64,000 nucleotides of DNA from Rhizodiscina lignyota. Its lineage: Eukaryota. Shown here one piece after another: positions 39,682 through 53,150 of this stretch. Each line of letters starts with the position of its first letter. Position 1 is the first letter of the stretch. The notes under the pieces were generated by a model that did not search any database, was not told where the DNA came from, and worked only from the letters and a program-made list of their open reading frames with translations. The stretch spans positions 868,001-932,000 of the forward strand of contig ML978124.1 of NCBI GenBank assembly GCA_010015805.1. The letters are read 5' to 3'. Position numbers and translations under genes: made by a program.

Positions 39682-42600
39682 TCACGATGTCCCACTGGCC
39701 TCACCCACCTCACCTACTGGGTCGTCCTCCCTTCCCTCCAACCTCTTCCTCCTCATCTCCTCTTCCATCAGACTTTGCTTCTTGACATATTCCATCACAA
39801 TCTCTTCCTCGCGCAATCTCTTCTCTTCTTCCTCCTGCTCCTTCTTCGCCACACCTTTGCTCTCTTCCATCACCTTCTTCAGCTCCTCATCTTCATCAGG
39901 ATCGACTTCTCTCGCTGCCGAAGAAGCAATCTTGCTTTCTTCCAGCACCTTCCTCAGCTCTTCATCTTCATCTGGCGGTACCTCCTTCGCTGGCACAGGT
40001 GTGAGTTTACTCTCCTCTACCGCTTTTCTCAGCTCCTCATCTTCGTCTTCATCCACTACGCCAGTTCTCGTCGGCGCTGGTGTCATCATACTCATGTCGA
40101 CGGCTCGCTTGAACTCCTCATCGCTCTCTGTGGGAGCATAATCGTCGTCCGAGTCGTCCCACTCGCTATCGCTTGACTTGACTCTCCTCAGAGCCCGACT
40201 CCGCTGCTCCAGTACGCTCTTCTTGAGCACCTCATGAAGATTGCGATTATACTCGTCCTCATCCACACCCTCAGGCCTGTGCTTCGATGCTTCCGCGACA
40301 CTGGCAGCAACTGCACTCCGCAGGGCTTCGTCCTCATCCTGACTCTTCCGCTTATCGCTCTCCAGTGCCGAAATGCTCGCACGGATCGCTTTGGCAATGA
40401 GCGCATCTTCATCCTCATCGCCTCTGGACGTCTGTTGCACGGACATCCTAATCGCTTCTTCGAGCTCATCAGCTTCACTATCCTCATCCTCGTAGTGAAC
40501 CTGACGATCGATATTAGGAGGCTCGTCAGATGTAGAGAGCTCATGATGGTGTGGCCGAGGCTGCGGATAAGTTCTCGCATGCGTTATTGGCGGCCCGCAG
40601 CTGGTACCACCTGGCAACTCGTGCACCGTAGCGGTCGATGGAGTGTCGAGCTCTGAGACTCTTATCCTTGGCTCAGAACTCGGTTCCGCCAGTGGTGCCG
40701 ACAGGGTATGCTCGATTGGTCCACCATCGAGCTCCACTGCACTTTTACTACCATGGTGAGCGCGATACTTTTGCGCCAACTCGTGAGTTAGCTGGTGGAG
40801 GTCCTTGGCCCAATCTTTTCCATCCGTGTACTCTTTCAATCTTTCTTTGCCTTTCTCTTTCTTTGCGTCCTTCTCGATGCGCCTCGTCTCTCGATGCTGC
40901 TCCCATTTCTCCTTCATCACGTCCATATGCTCTTCCACAACACTTCTCTGCTTCAGCATTTCGGACTGATACTCCAAGAACCTCGTCACGATCTCCTTCC
41001 TCTCCTCCCTCGTGATCGAAGCGAAATCCTCGTAGCCTTGTGCAGTACGACTGGCAATGATGTAGTTGTTCACGCTCTGCCCGAGATGTCTCTGCACTTC
41101 TTGATATACACCCTTCATCGTGTACGCTGGAATACCGTAGATGCCGGCTCCCGGTTTGGTGACGAGGCCAGCAATGCCCTTGCCGACGCCCTTAACAAAG
41201 CCTTCCGCGCCCTTTTTCTTCGCGCCCAGATATGGCTGTGTGACCAAGCCGGTTATGCCGTCATACATACCATATCCAAACTCCTTTGCCGCGGTCTTAA
41301 TGCCGCTTTGGACACCAGTCACTTTATCCACTTCACGGACGGTGTCATCGCCATACAGCTTTGGCATATTGTGAAATCCCTTCGCCAACGCCAGCGAGAA
41401 GTCCATTGGGCTCTTCAGACCCGCACCAATAATGCGCTGCATTCCCTTGCCGGTGCCGAGGATAGTGTCGAGTTTGACGTGCTTGTTATGCTCGTTCTCA
41501 TTATTTACCCACGTCTTCATAGAAGTCGACCGGCTATGGGATCTTTCCCGCCCGACGGGAGACTCGCCTCGAGATCCAGGACGGGAACTCGAGCCTGAGC
41601 CGGATCTCGAATGACGTGAGAAGACGCCTGAAAGGGAGCGTTGCTCCGAGTGCTCCGGGACTACGAGCTTGTTCATGTCTTGCGGGTCGGTTATTGGGGT
41701 TGGTGAGACGACAGGTGTTATGTCAGTCAACACCGTGCTCGTTTCAGAGAATGTCCTCTCGGAGCTTTGCGCACCAGGAGATAGGGGCTTTCTTTGAACC
41801 GAGTGGGTGGAAGTAGAAGTCGTAGTTGGGCTCAGTGGGTTGATTGTTTCATCGGAGCCGATGACAGTGTCATTCTCCGCAATGGAAGGGTTTGATGCGT
41901 TAGTTGAGTCCGTTGACATCTTCTTCAATGAGGCCCCTTCGGAGCTGGTTCGTGCTGGCGACAAAGGTGGCAAAGAAACGGAGCTCGTTGACGCTGGGGT
42001 CGGTGTTGTTGATGGGCCTGCCACAGTTGTGGCCGAGTCAGACTTGGGAGGACTTGCCTTTGCCTTTTGGGCATCGGGATGAATCCTCAACGCCTTTAAT
42101 GTCTCAATGGGCATATCCGCCACACCCATCAGCATGCTACCCACAGTTCCAATGAGCGCACCAGCTCCACCAGTAACTGGATCCCAAGGGCCTTCGTCGG
42201 TCTCATACTCCCTCGATCGGAAGAGCTTCAGGTCGCTAAAACTCAAAATCTTCTCTTCCGCTAAAATGCAAGCAGCAAGTGCACTCAGGCGTACATTACT
42301 CCTCTTCACGCGCCACACTGCAGCACGGTCTGGTAGGATGGCGCAGCGCATGCCTTCGACACCCCCGGGCAACATCTGATGGAAGGATTCCGCACCCGCC
42401 TCGTTGCCTTTCTCTTGTCTGATCTGCTCCGCCATCTCTTTTGCTTTGACCTGGCTCTCCGGCTTGAGACAGAATCGTATTGCCTCCGCCAAGTTGTCTG
42501 CTGTGAGCACTTTGTACGGTATCGGTTTGGGTCCAGCCCCAGCTCTTGCCACCATCGCGCCCCAGAAAGGCTGGTCTCCGAAGAAGGGCACGATCATAGT

Positions 42601-44411
42601 CGGCTTGCCAGCTGCGATTCCTGCAGCAGTCGTGCCTGCACCGCCGTGATGCACAACAGCGGAAACATGCTGAAATAGCCAGTCGTGCGGAACATTCCCA
42701 AGCATGAAAACGCCCTCAGGAATGCCTAGTTCATCTGCACCAATGCCACCCCAACCTTTAGAGACAAGTGCTCGGCACCCAACCTTCTGCACAGCCTCAA
42801 AGATCATTTTAGTAAGAGCATTCGGATCGTCAACGACAATCGAGCCAAATCCAATATAGACTGGAGGGTCGCCAGCTTGGAGATACTCCAAAAGGTCAGG
42901 TGCTGGTGTGAAATTGGTAGCGAGATTGAGGAAATAAAACCCTGAGATGGAGATATGAGATGCCCAGTCTTTCGGTTTTGGAATTAATGCTGGTGACCAG
43001 CAATAGGTCCATGGGACGCGAACTCGAGCAAGCATTCCTGGAGCCCACATCAGGCTGATAGGCTCTAGTTGTAGACTATGGACACGGAAGCGGTTGATGA
43101 TGTCGCCAAGACCTTGCCAAGTGAGCATATCGACAAGGGCATAGGACATGAAGTTGGTCAGAGTGGTATCTGCGTCGGAGGACTGAATATTCGCGAGAGG
43201 GTGCGGGAAAGATGATGTTGGTGACCACGGCATTCTGCGCACTTGTCAGAATCTAGTACAGAGGTTAATTCAAGGAGCAGACATACGTGAACATCATATG
43301 CAGGGGTATACCAAGCCGCTCTGCGCAGTGAATATGTGCGAAACTTGGCGGATTCGCAATGATCGCATCGGCAATGAAGGGCTTCCCGGCGCCGGCGTGG
43401 AGATATGCAGTTCTAATCTCTTGTCCTCCGGTGTATCTCAGCGTCATATCATCTGCTGGCTGATCCATGCCGTCGCCAATCTCAAAGCAAGATCGCCAGC
43501 AGCCTTTGATGATCTCTCCGATACCCTGGCGTCGCTTTCCTATATCTCCTTTGCGGATCGCATCGAAGCCCGGCATGAGACCTGGGTTCTTGACCATGAA
43601 GGCCATAAGCTCTGATGGGTCACCACCAATACTAAAGAACTCGAGTCCATTTTCCTCCACGAAGTTTTTGAAAGTCGGATGAGTGGCGAGCCGCACCCTA
43701 TGCTTGTAGGACTCCTTCAATACCTTCCCAAGAGCCAGAAATGGTTGCACATCTCCTCGAGAGCCGACAACATGTATGACAATATTCAGAGGCGGAGGAA
43801 GCTTGGTGCCAGGTGCACCTCCCAGCGACTCTGGGATGTAAGGAGGGGGTGGGGGGCCTTCTTCGCGAATGTGATCGAGCTGATGCCTCAGGGCTGGGAC
43901 GAGGAAGGAGGAGAGCTTGCGAGAGCGCTGGTCGATCCGGATGTTCACACGACCATCGTCTACGGAAATCAGTCACTGATTTGCGCAGCAGCCGCGTATA
44001 CTGACCTGCAACCTGAGCATTTGTTCCCATGCCACCTTGTTCATCGTGGATATGGCCCCACTCGTTGCTATACGCTGGTGGCGCAACATCCAGCTCCTCT
44101 GCCGACGGTTGCTGATCGAGACCACTGTGATATTGGTAGAAGCTATCAATTGTTGATCTGAAAAGTTGATTAGTTTCATAAATGATAGAGACCGAACGAG
44201 CTTCCTACAATCGTGTTTGGTCTGTCTGGCCCGCTGCTGTTTCCTCCTCTGCTCTAACAGCCTCCGCGCTAGATTTCGAGGGCATTTCTGCCGCGCCTCC
44301 TTCAATTGCTGCTACTGCGGCTTGAGCAGCAGCATCAATTTGAGAGGTAGCGGTCTCATTGCCTGGCTCCTCGTAATCTGGTGGCGGCGCATTCTCCGAG
44401 TTGGAAGCCAT
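39682..44411 (-). CDS. UDP-glycosyltransferase (GT28/GT1, sterol glucosyltransferase-like) with C-terminal UIM-like repeats
   Basis: LNIVIHVVGSRGDVQPF, HRVRLATH, IIANPPSFAHIHCAERLGIPLH, PPVYIGFGSIVV, VPHDWLF, VHHGGAGTTAAG, PFFGDQPFWG. Acidic tail with repeated DEEL.KA.EES helices. Three introns. Confidence 0.9.
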
Positions 44412-45358
44412 TGTGTGCGGTGAAAGGGGCGCCTAATTTCGCAGGCGTCCAGAATTAGCTGTCGACCTCATATGTTTGCCGCTGCCTTGCTCATGGGGAT
44501 TGCAATGACGAGAGGCACTCAGGCGTATCAAGAGGAAAAAGTTGCGAGCTGTGACGCGTCCCGCGTAGTGATGTAAGTAACGGAGCGGCCTCCTTAGCCA
44601 GTGGCTGGGGCTGTGTATATAGATTCACAAGATCCTCGCATGTCGGTAGTGGTGTACCTAGGTAGGCTAATACTGGATAAGTTCACCGCAAACTGCACCT
44701 AGCAGTTGGAGTCGATGCCTTTCGTAGATCTCGCCAGTGATAACGCGAAGCTCTTCCGCATTTCAGCCTCGTGAGGATCCCTCAGCCAAGGACGGGTTAG
44801 TAACCTCGTTCCTTGAAATATGCCTACCTTACGTACTCCGTCCACCTTTGACTCTTATCACGCATGAAAACGAGATTCTCACTCATAAGGCATGTTCACG
44901 GAGACTTATGTTCTTGGGAGCCTAAAAGTAGAACATGTGTATGGTGGGTAGGCGGAGTCTATCTCCAAAGGAGGACTTGGTTCTCTCTCCCTCTTCCGCC
45001 AAAACTCCAATCCCTAAGACGCAGAGAGTTGAGTGCCAAATTTCGACCTGGCCGTAAACAAGACATCAATGGCCTACTAACATGTCACCAATCATGTTAA
45101 GATGAGTGAAATGTATCTCCTGCCGTGCTGGTGGGCCACCTCGAGCCAGCCTAAGGCGAGCTCGCACTTGCCAAATGTGAAGAACATGAAAAGAGAGAAG
45201 CGCGTTCGACATGCAATCACAAGAGAGTAAAGTATCGCAGCTCACCTTTATTATTTTCAACCGCCTCCGAGTCTTTCAACAATAGTCCTCCTTCAAGCCA
45301 TTACAGTCATCTCGAAATACCTCCAGCGAAGGGTGACACTAGCGATCAGGGCAAGGAC

Positions 45359-46039
45359 ATGGCGCGAGAATGCCCCTTATTCAAGAAAATGCTGCCGTCG
45401 GGGTCGCTCTATGACTCCATAATCACTATCGAAGTCGGTCCCAAACCACCAAAGGCCTACTGGCTACACGAAGGCATCCTCTGTCACCATTCCCTCTATT
45501 TCAGAGAAGCGCTACGAGGAGATTCCAGCGAAAGTCAACAGAAGGTTATCAAGCTTGAGGAGACCGAAGTCAAAGTGTTCGATGCGTTCAAGAACTGGCT
45601 CTACACTGGAAAGCTCTTCGATACCTCTACGCTCGACGACCCAAAAGTGTTCGATGTGCTTTGCAAGATTTGGATTTTTGGTAATAGGCGCGGCGTCCCC
45701 GGACTCAAGAATGCCGCCGCCGATGCGTTCATCGATCAGTCGTTGAGGCTATGGATACTCCCGGATGAGCTCTTCCTTTTCATCTACGACAACACTTCAA
45801 ACGGTGCACAACTTCGCACACTCATTGCTGATCTACTCGTTCTGTCGCGCGACCTTCTGGAGATGTTCACAAGATTGGATGGCTCTCTAGTGGAGCGCTA
45901 TCCTAAGCAATTATTGTTGGATGTCCTTCGATCCCCTATGCACAAAGACTTGAGATTCCAATCGATTGCCTCAAAGATCTTCATCGGCAAGATGGATCGA
46001 TGCAAATACCACGACCATCGAGGGCCGGATGAGATATAG
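45359..46039 (+). CDS. BTB/POZ-domain protein
   Basis: IITIEVG...YWLHEGILCHHSLYFREALRG..SE.....IKLEE.....FDAFKNWLYTG, then LCKIWIFG. Intronless. Confidence 0.85.
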   Translation: MARECPLFKKMLPSGSLYDSIITIEVGPKPPKAYWLHEGILCHHSLYFREALRGDSSESQQKVIKLEETEVKVFDAFKNWLYTGKLFDTSTLDDPKVFDVLCKIWIFGNRRGVPGLKNAAADAFIDQSLRLWILPDELFLFIYDNTSNGAQLRTLIADLLVLSRDLLEMFTRLDGSLVERYPKQLLLDVLRSPMHKDLRFQSIASKIFIGKMDRCKYHDHRGPDEI

Positions 46040-46535
46040 AATGGGCGACTGGCACCAGCATGGATCAAGCTTAGCAGTCTTTCGTGTGCTGCGGCTGGGA
46101 TGACGAGACTCTCGGCTTGTTTGAGTGCGTGGATGAGGCCTATTTTCATGGGGATATTCCTTGCCGATACACAAAGGTTTACAGGAATAGCTCTTTGGGC
46201 GCAGATACATCGGACGGGATACAGCCGGCACTCTCAAAAAGGGGGGCGAGCGTTCTGGATTATGGTTGTTTCACTCAACGGTCTTTGAAAGCTCGGTGTC
46301 CTCAGAAAAGAATAGGAAGAGTTTCACCGTAAAGCAATGAAGTATATCTGTCCTTGACATTTGGCGTGCTTATGTTGTCACAATGTGTTTGTCAATGCGA
46401 AGATTTTCATATCCTCATCCTGTCAATTCTCTTCATGAAGCGCAAGGCTCCGTGAAGACGCGTAATCACTCTAGTCTCTATATATTAAAGAATGCAAGGG
46501 AACAGAGCCTGGTCTCCTTTCTCTTGTTTAGTAGT

Positions 46536-48935
46536 TTAGCCGCAGTACACCCCCCCTGGGCATCCAACCGCGGTCCCCTTCACTGCACCAGAAACACCCG
46601 CAACTTGCAAAATGGCTCCGACAATGCCGCCCAGACCCTCTCCAGCAATAAAACCAGCTGCGACGGCATAGCAGTACATAGCATAGTTTGAAGGAGCATT
46701 CTTTCTCCAGAAGAAGGCGAATGTTGCGCCAAGCATCATCGCGGTAGGGTATGTCGTCGTGTTCAGAATCCAGGCAATGCCCACCGCATTCCAGTTCGGG
46801 ACGTAAACCCAATACTTGGGTGGTACCCACTGATATTTGATGATGGTTGTGAGTACAGCGACGACGCCCATGGCGATTGCGGTATAGCCTGATGACGGTG
46901 GAATAGGCAGCTCTGGACTTGAGACAGCGACAGCAATGGCGCGCCAGGATGCTACATCTGGGGCTGCAAAGCTGCAGTGGTCGGCGAGCTCGAGGTTGTT
47001 GATGCAAGGGTAAGCCGTGCTGAAGAGCACGTACAGACCCGTAGACATGAAGATTGATACAAGAGCACCGATGGATTGCGCGTAAAACTGCACGCGGGGT
47101 GATGCGCGGAGGAGATGGGTCGTCTTGAGATCGCCGAGCATATCCGCAGACTGCTCAGATGCTGCGAGAGCAACCAGTCCAGCGGTGGTGTTGAGTAGCT
47201 CTCCCTTCCCGGTTGAATACTTGCCACGCGTAACACCACCAATGACCAGCTGGCTGGCATTTCCAACAGACGTCACTAGTAGCTGTCAGTTGTAATGATA
47301 TAAATCAGCATTCTGAAGTTGCATACCTGGGATAATATTTGTGCGTCCAGCACTCTCCGCTCCGATGAAGGAGAACAGGAAAGCTACACGTCTATTAGCT
47401 TGATGCTTCATTCGGGGTAGAGCATTGCCTACCGAAGATGATAGCCAATATTGAGACACCGACGTTCTGGCCATACTGAACACCAAGCACAAGGCAGGTC
47501 AGGAACGTAGCAAAGACGATTCCGCCAGTCCAAAGCCACCACGGCACTTGCTCTTCAGGTGGCGCGGGGTCATGAATGAGATCCTTCTCGTCGATCTCAA
47601 TGCCGCGTAGCCTTTTGAAAAATGGCTGAAGAACTTGAATGAGTGAAGCCCAAAGGGTCCTCCAGTTCGCCCCTAGTTCGGAGAAGGAAGCGCAGAGAAG
47701 CAACATCGTTCCTGGCCAGATGAGCCAGTAACGAGGTGATGGATGGTGCACTGGGTCGTCTAGTACCATGCCCATATAGTTCATATAGCCGGGGAACTCA
47801 GGGGACACGGGAACGCCAAAAGCTTTGCCGGTGCTGATCAATGAAGGAGCAATGATAGCCCATCCGAGAATGGCGCCACCGAAGAAAGAGTAGGATGCGT
47901 TGATACCTGTCAGCATACCCGCTCCAGTGAAGGCCGGCGTGAATTCCAAGACCCATGACCAGTTCTCGACTCTAATTGCTGCCGACCATCCGAGACGGTA
48001 CAGGGTCCATCCCCAATGCCAGTCCCATAGAATACTATTGCAGATGTAAGTTAACAAAGACGAAAAGGATGGGGTTGAGCACCTACCCAGGGGCGTACTC
48101 AGAGACAACACGCAAAGTGATGGCTCCGAGGAATGCAAACACAAGAGCCTTGGTCTTCTTTCGAGCAGTAATCTCAGCGTTGAGGCCCGAATGCAACGCC
48201 CGGATGGTGTGCGCAGCAGCAACTGCAGATGGAAACACGAGCTTCTGCTTGAGAATATAGAACTTCCTGAGAGGGATAGCAAAGCACATGCCATAGTATG
48301 CACACGCTAGCTAGCTGTCAGATCAATGTTCGACTCGGGATGATGCGTGACGTACCGATTGTAAACGTAATTAAGCGTCCAAAGTCATCTTTGGGGTGTC
48401 CGCTTAGCAGTCCGAGCTGGTACGCTGCTGGAATACCACTGGCGTAGATGAGGCCCAAGGAGCCGGCTGCTGTAGCCGCACTTTGGACGCAAACATTTTC
48501 TTTCGGACCAAAGTAGCCACCTCCGAGGTATGTAGGGAGGACCTTCGAGAGAGGCTTGAGAATGGCGAAGCCGAGAATTGAACCGAAGAGTGAGGCGCCA
48601 AAGGTCCAGCCAGTCTTTAGGCCCAGATAAATACTACGATTGTGAGTGACAGTGACTTGCAAAGAAACTATGGGGTCTCACTTTGAGGCAGCAATGACTC
48701 CACCAAGAATGCAGCCAACTAAGACCGCCCGTATGGTAAATTGTTGCGTCTCTGGTTCAGCATTCGGATCCTCGGGGAACTGCTCCTCGTGCGAGAGCTC
48801 TTCGTTGATGTGCTGGACATCCGAAACATCACCTGAGTCTACTGTGATGGTCGCCTCCACCTTATCAAAGCCAATCTTTTGGTCGGCTTTGAGTTCCTTC
48901 TCAATGCTGGAGATGTTGTCAGAGTTTCCGTCCAT
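46536..48935 (-). CDS. OPT-superfamily oligopeptide / metal-chelate transporter (YSL-like)
   Basis: QFTIRAVLVG, YLGLKTGWTFGASLFGSILGF, FGPKENVCVQSAATA, LVFPSAVAAA, DMLGDLKTTHLL, AAGFIAGEGLGG. Multiple TM segments and about 5 introns. Confidence 0.9.
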
Positions 48936-49948
48936 TTTGGCGAATTTTCCGCGTGCTTAACAACAACAAAGAGAACAAGAGTACTCTATAGCAGTATATA
49001 AATCTGATCCATATGTCATATGCACCCTTACCAGACGATCGTTATCAGGTTTGTTCATCTTCGCTCCCCCTCGGCTGAAGTGCCGCATAGCCTTATCATG
49101 CAGTGCGTCGATCGTTCCAAACGTGCAAATATATCTACCTGCCCCTTTTGTGTAGATAAACACCAACTAACAGCATGTGTTGTGGCGATTATCGGTTCCC
49201 TTTCTGCATATCATGCGTTTGCGGCCGCAGGGACGGTTAGCCAGATCCCGGCAGCCGGCAACCGGTTCAAAATTTCAGATATACCGCATATCAACTTCCA
49301 GAATGTTGGGAGAAAGAAGCGATGAAAGTACAGCTCCAGTCGGTGCCAAGTCCGATATTGGAGGTTCCGGACAACTGCACGACTCATGCAGAAGGCGTCA
49401 TGGATCGAGTCATGAAGGCGCGGAAGATTGGTGGAGTTAGTTTTGACATGCTTTCAAAATTGTAGATCATGGCGAATAGGGAAGAGCGTAAGAGGAGAGA
49501 TGATGAGATGAATCTGGTATCAAAAAAAAAAACGACCTGAAACATGTCTAATTCGGAGGAAAGCAATGTCTGATTTCCAAAATCTCACACTGCCTTAGCT
49601 ACATATGCGTCTGGCGTTCGGAGATACAAGAAGTGGCGTGAAGTTGCGGGCTTCCAATTCTGACAATAGATCGTGCATCTCCTTGAGTCGCGAAGATAAC
49701 TAGGAGGCGAACAATCACACACCAAGTCATGTCCAAAGTGATAGCAGCTACGAGACCGCAAGGCGGGTGTGGTTGAGGAAGATAGAGGAGGAGGCAGCAA
49801 ATTAGGAAGGTGGATAACGCGGCAATTTGTTCGTCAAATCTTCGGTCCACCCGGCTTTCGGTCCCAATTCTTCACCAACAGTGGACAGGGGTACTTTCAT
49901 GCGCCTTCTGACACCTCAATTAAGAGTTATACCTTGTCCTCGATACTC

Positions 49949-51128
49949 ATGGCTGAAAACGGATATTCGAAGACTACCTCACCGGTCACAGTGAGTTTGA
50001 AAGCTCTGAAGGATGGTTGGTTGACTGAGGCACAAGAAGGAGCGCATGTTGACCACCATTTAGCTACAGTAACGTTCCAAGAGCTTGAGGAGGCATTCGG
50101 TCCAGACTCTTTGGGTATCATTGTTGTCAAGGATCTACCCGAGAAATTTGTGGAACGGCGGGCGGCCTTGCTATCATATGCCTCCTACCTTGCAAACTTA
50201 TCAAAAGATCAGCTTGGTTTGTGGGCGCACTTTCTGCTGTCGTTGTTCGGCATTGACACTATTGATAGATTCACTGGAATCCCCAGAATCCAAATGGCTT
50301 GTCGGGTGGTCATGTGGTAAAGAAACACTCAAGGATGGCCGCTACGATACTCTGAAAGGCTCGTACTATGTCAACTGTGCCCCGGCTTTTGAAGATCCGT
50401 CACTACAAGCCAAGATTTGGAAGCAATATCCAGGATTTCCGCAATATACTGCACCTAATGTTTGGCCTGCGGAAGAGGTCCTCCCGGGCTTCGAACTGGC
50501 CTTCCGTGACCTTTGCAATCTTATCATTGATACTGCAGTGCTTGTTGCGCAAGCGTGCGACCGATACGCTACCGCGAAGATTGACGATTACAAAGCTGGA
50601 TGCCTCGAGCATGTTGTACGAACAAGCGTTTCAACCAAGGCTCGGTTGCTGCACTATTTCCCTTCCAAGGACACAAATGGAACGGCGAACGGCACTACAG
50701 AGGACGAGGATGACTGGTGTGCTACACATCTTGACCACGGGGCGCTGACAGGCCTTACTTCCGCAATGTTTGTAGATGAAGATGCACACACACCGAAGCT
50801 CCATGGAGTTTTCGAACCTCTAAGCGAGCTGGAAAAATCCCCTGACCCAAGAGCTGGCCTCTACATCCGTTCCCGGACTGGGGAGACGACAAAGGTCAGC
50901 ATCCCTCGAGACTGTCTTGCCTTTCAAACTGGAGAGGCGCTCGAAGTTATCACTAAGGGCCAATTCCGTGCCGTGCCTCATTTTGTACAAGGTGCTGCCT
51001 CCGGCAAAGGAGGATCTGTTGCACGGAACACACTGGCGGTCTTCACCCAACCCAATCTTTGGGAGATGGTGGATGAAAAGAGAGACTTTGCAACATTTGC
51101 CAAGGAAATCGTTGAGAGGAATCACTAG
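49949..51128 (+). CDS. 2-oxoglutarate/Fe(II)-dependent oxygenase (clavaminate synthase / IPNS-like)
   Basis: AFGPDSLGIIVV, GWSCGKETL, KARLLHYFP, DDWCATHLDHG (HxD), LAFQTGEAL, FRAVPHFV, RNTLAVF. Two introns. Confidence 0.88.
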
Positions 51129-51230
51129 CGATCTCTCTATCTACTGGACCCGAAGAGCTCGTAAAATGCTCCAGCAAACTAGAAGGACGATCATCGAAAG
51201 TCATTGGCGAAATCTCCAAAGTCGCTAATC

Positions 51231-52106
51231 TCAATCATCTTCGCCTGGCTTCTTGCGCTTCTGCGGTGCCGGTTTATGCGAAGCTTCATACGCGTATTTC
51301 TTGTTTTGCTCATTCGACGCCTTCACAAAGCTCGCCACATGCTCTGGGATCTTCTTCACCCTATTGTAAGGTCCTGGCTGCGGCTCTCCGATTGTTTCAT
51401 ACACTGGCAATACACCCGTCCAGACTCGATCTAGCACATCATCTCGCTTCATGTCCCTGCGCTCGTCCTCTGGAACACCCTCTCTCACTTTCCCACTTGC
51501 TGCAGAAATCTTCATTTTCAGGATTCGCGTAGACTGCTGCTCCGATTTCTCTGGCGGAACGCGACTGTTTGCCCATCGATCAGGCACTACCGAATTCGTG
51601 ATGAGTTCCATTGCCCAGAGCTTCTCGTCTTCGTCGGTCACAATGCTGGCAAAACCATGCAGGATAGCACTCCTGTAGTTGTAATTGTGACTATACGGGG
51701 TGAGGGTTAGGACCAGGCCGTCGACCTTTGTCGCGCAGACGCAGCATGGCATACCATCTTCACCACGCGAAATAGCCTCGTCCGCGAGCTTCATGACGCG
51801 CGAGGTCACGTAGCCGTGAAGATAGCATGCCCACTCAGAAGAGTCTGAAGAGTCTCCAGGCCACAGTCCCATCTGCCCAATCATCGGCAGAACCACTGGG
51901 AACGGAGTTGATGGGTCTGGGACAAAGGAGATGTGGAGAACCGGTGTCGAGTTGACAATGCTGTGAATGGTATCGACATCGTACGTCGCTTAATTATGAA
52001 TTAACAGGGCAGTTTTTCTTTACATATAAGAGCTGATTCATTTCTCACCTTGATGTTTATACCGATTTACGGCATTCTGGCCGTTCAACGGGAATGTTGT
52101 GGCCAT
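51231..52106 (-). CDS. Flavin-nucleotide-binding split-barrel protein (PNPOx-like / NimA-like)
   Basis: VNRYKHQ|ATYD, PVLHISF, PVVLPMIG, CYLHGYVTSR, KVDGLVLTLTPYSHNYNYRSAILHG, WTGVLP. One intron. Confidence 0.85.
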
Positions 52107-52385
52107 GCTGGATGGCCGATTTGTCTCTTCGTGGAGTGTTCGTCGAGGTCTAGACAAAGCAACAACTTGGCTGCGCCGGTTTGAATTCCAAACGATGCGA
52201 TTAGCTGTGAATATTTAAATATTGAGAGCAGCCACCATCTCAAGAGCGTCTTTATCAAGTGTTCGTTTGGCTTGCGATACGGCGATGGTGGCAGCACTAC
52301 TAGGTCTCAAATAGGAAAGAACACCCGAAGTGGTGTTTGATTGGACAATACAGAGGGACAGTCCGCAGCCACACAGCGGAGACAC

Positions 52386-52416
52386 GGTAGCAGAGTAATG
52401 GTAGCACAGTAATGGT
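52386..52416. repeat. 14-bp tandem repeat (GGTAGCAGAGTAAT / GGTAGCACAGTAAT)
   Basis: Two adjacent copies with one mismatch, plus a partial third copy. Confidence 0.7.
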
Positions 52417-52586
52417 GGTTCAATGTATAATAATCAAGGAAACAAGAACATTTCCCAAGTCACAGTTTGCTTTCCATCCGTGGGAAAGCAAGTCCTCCGA
52501 GAATCTTCCGTCTGATTTCTAACTACCTCTCTTCTATAGTCAAGTGAACGTAGCTGGAGAGCCTGCGTGTAACGGGTCGATTGTGT

Positions 52587-52994
52587 TCAATGATCAAGGT
52601 CAGTTGGCTGGGCCCAACAATATGAGACAGCGACAAAGTGCGTGCATTCTGATGCATCGTCTCTATGAGTGACCGTCAGCTTGCGCTCTCTCTCGTCTAT
52701 GGCCCATCTAGACCAGGAGTTGCATGCGCAAGGGCGGGTTGAAGCAGCTTCGATCCGAGTGCCTGGATAGTCCTTGCCGGCTTGGTCACGAAAGATAGTT
52801 TTGGTGTTGACGTGAAGAAGCTTCTCGGGCCATTCGTCAGAGCCGCTGCTCCAAGAATCGCGATACGATGTTATGAACCTTAGGTTCTGTGCCCACTTGT
52901 GCAACTCGTCAGCGCCTCTTGAATTTTGAGAGTTCTTGGAGTTGCTGCTTGAAGGTGGAAGGGTTCGGGTGGATTTCGCTGAAGGGCTTCTCAA
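52587..52994 (-). pseudogene. Truncated HET (heterokaryon incompatibility) domain relic
   Basis: HFVAVSYCW matches the N-terminal HET motif (Y/F-x-A-L/V-S-Y-x-W). The ORF stops 8 codons later and no downstream WID..CI motif is recognisable. Confidence 0.5.
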
Positions 52995-53150
52995 TGTCTA
53001 AGATCATGTTGTGACGAGCTAGGTCTCTGTCAGGACCTTGGTTGTTCGATCGGAGAATAGGATAGTTAAAATGTCGAGCTGCTGTGCTATGCCTAATCTC
53101 ATCAAGGGGACTCCAGGATGATCCCAAGCCCGCACACCATATACAAGTAG

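Noticed and set aside
39775..42678. Multiple plus-strand ORFs within the glycosyltransferase
   Set aside because: Antisense shadows of a long coding exon.
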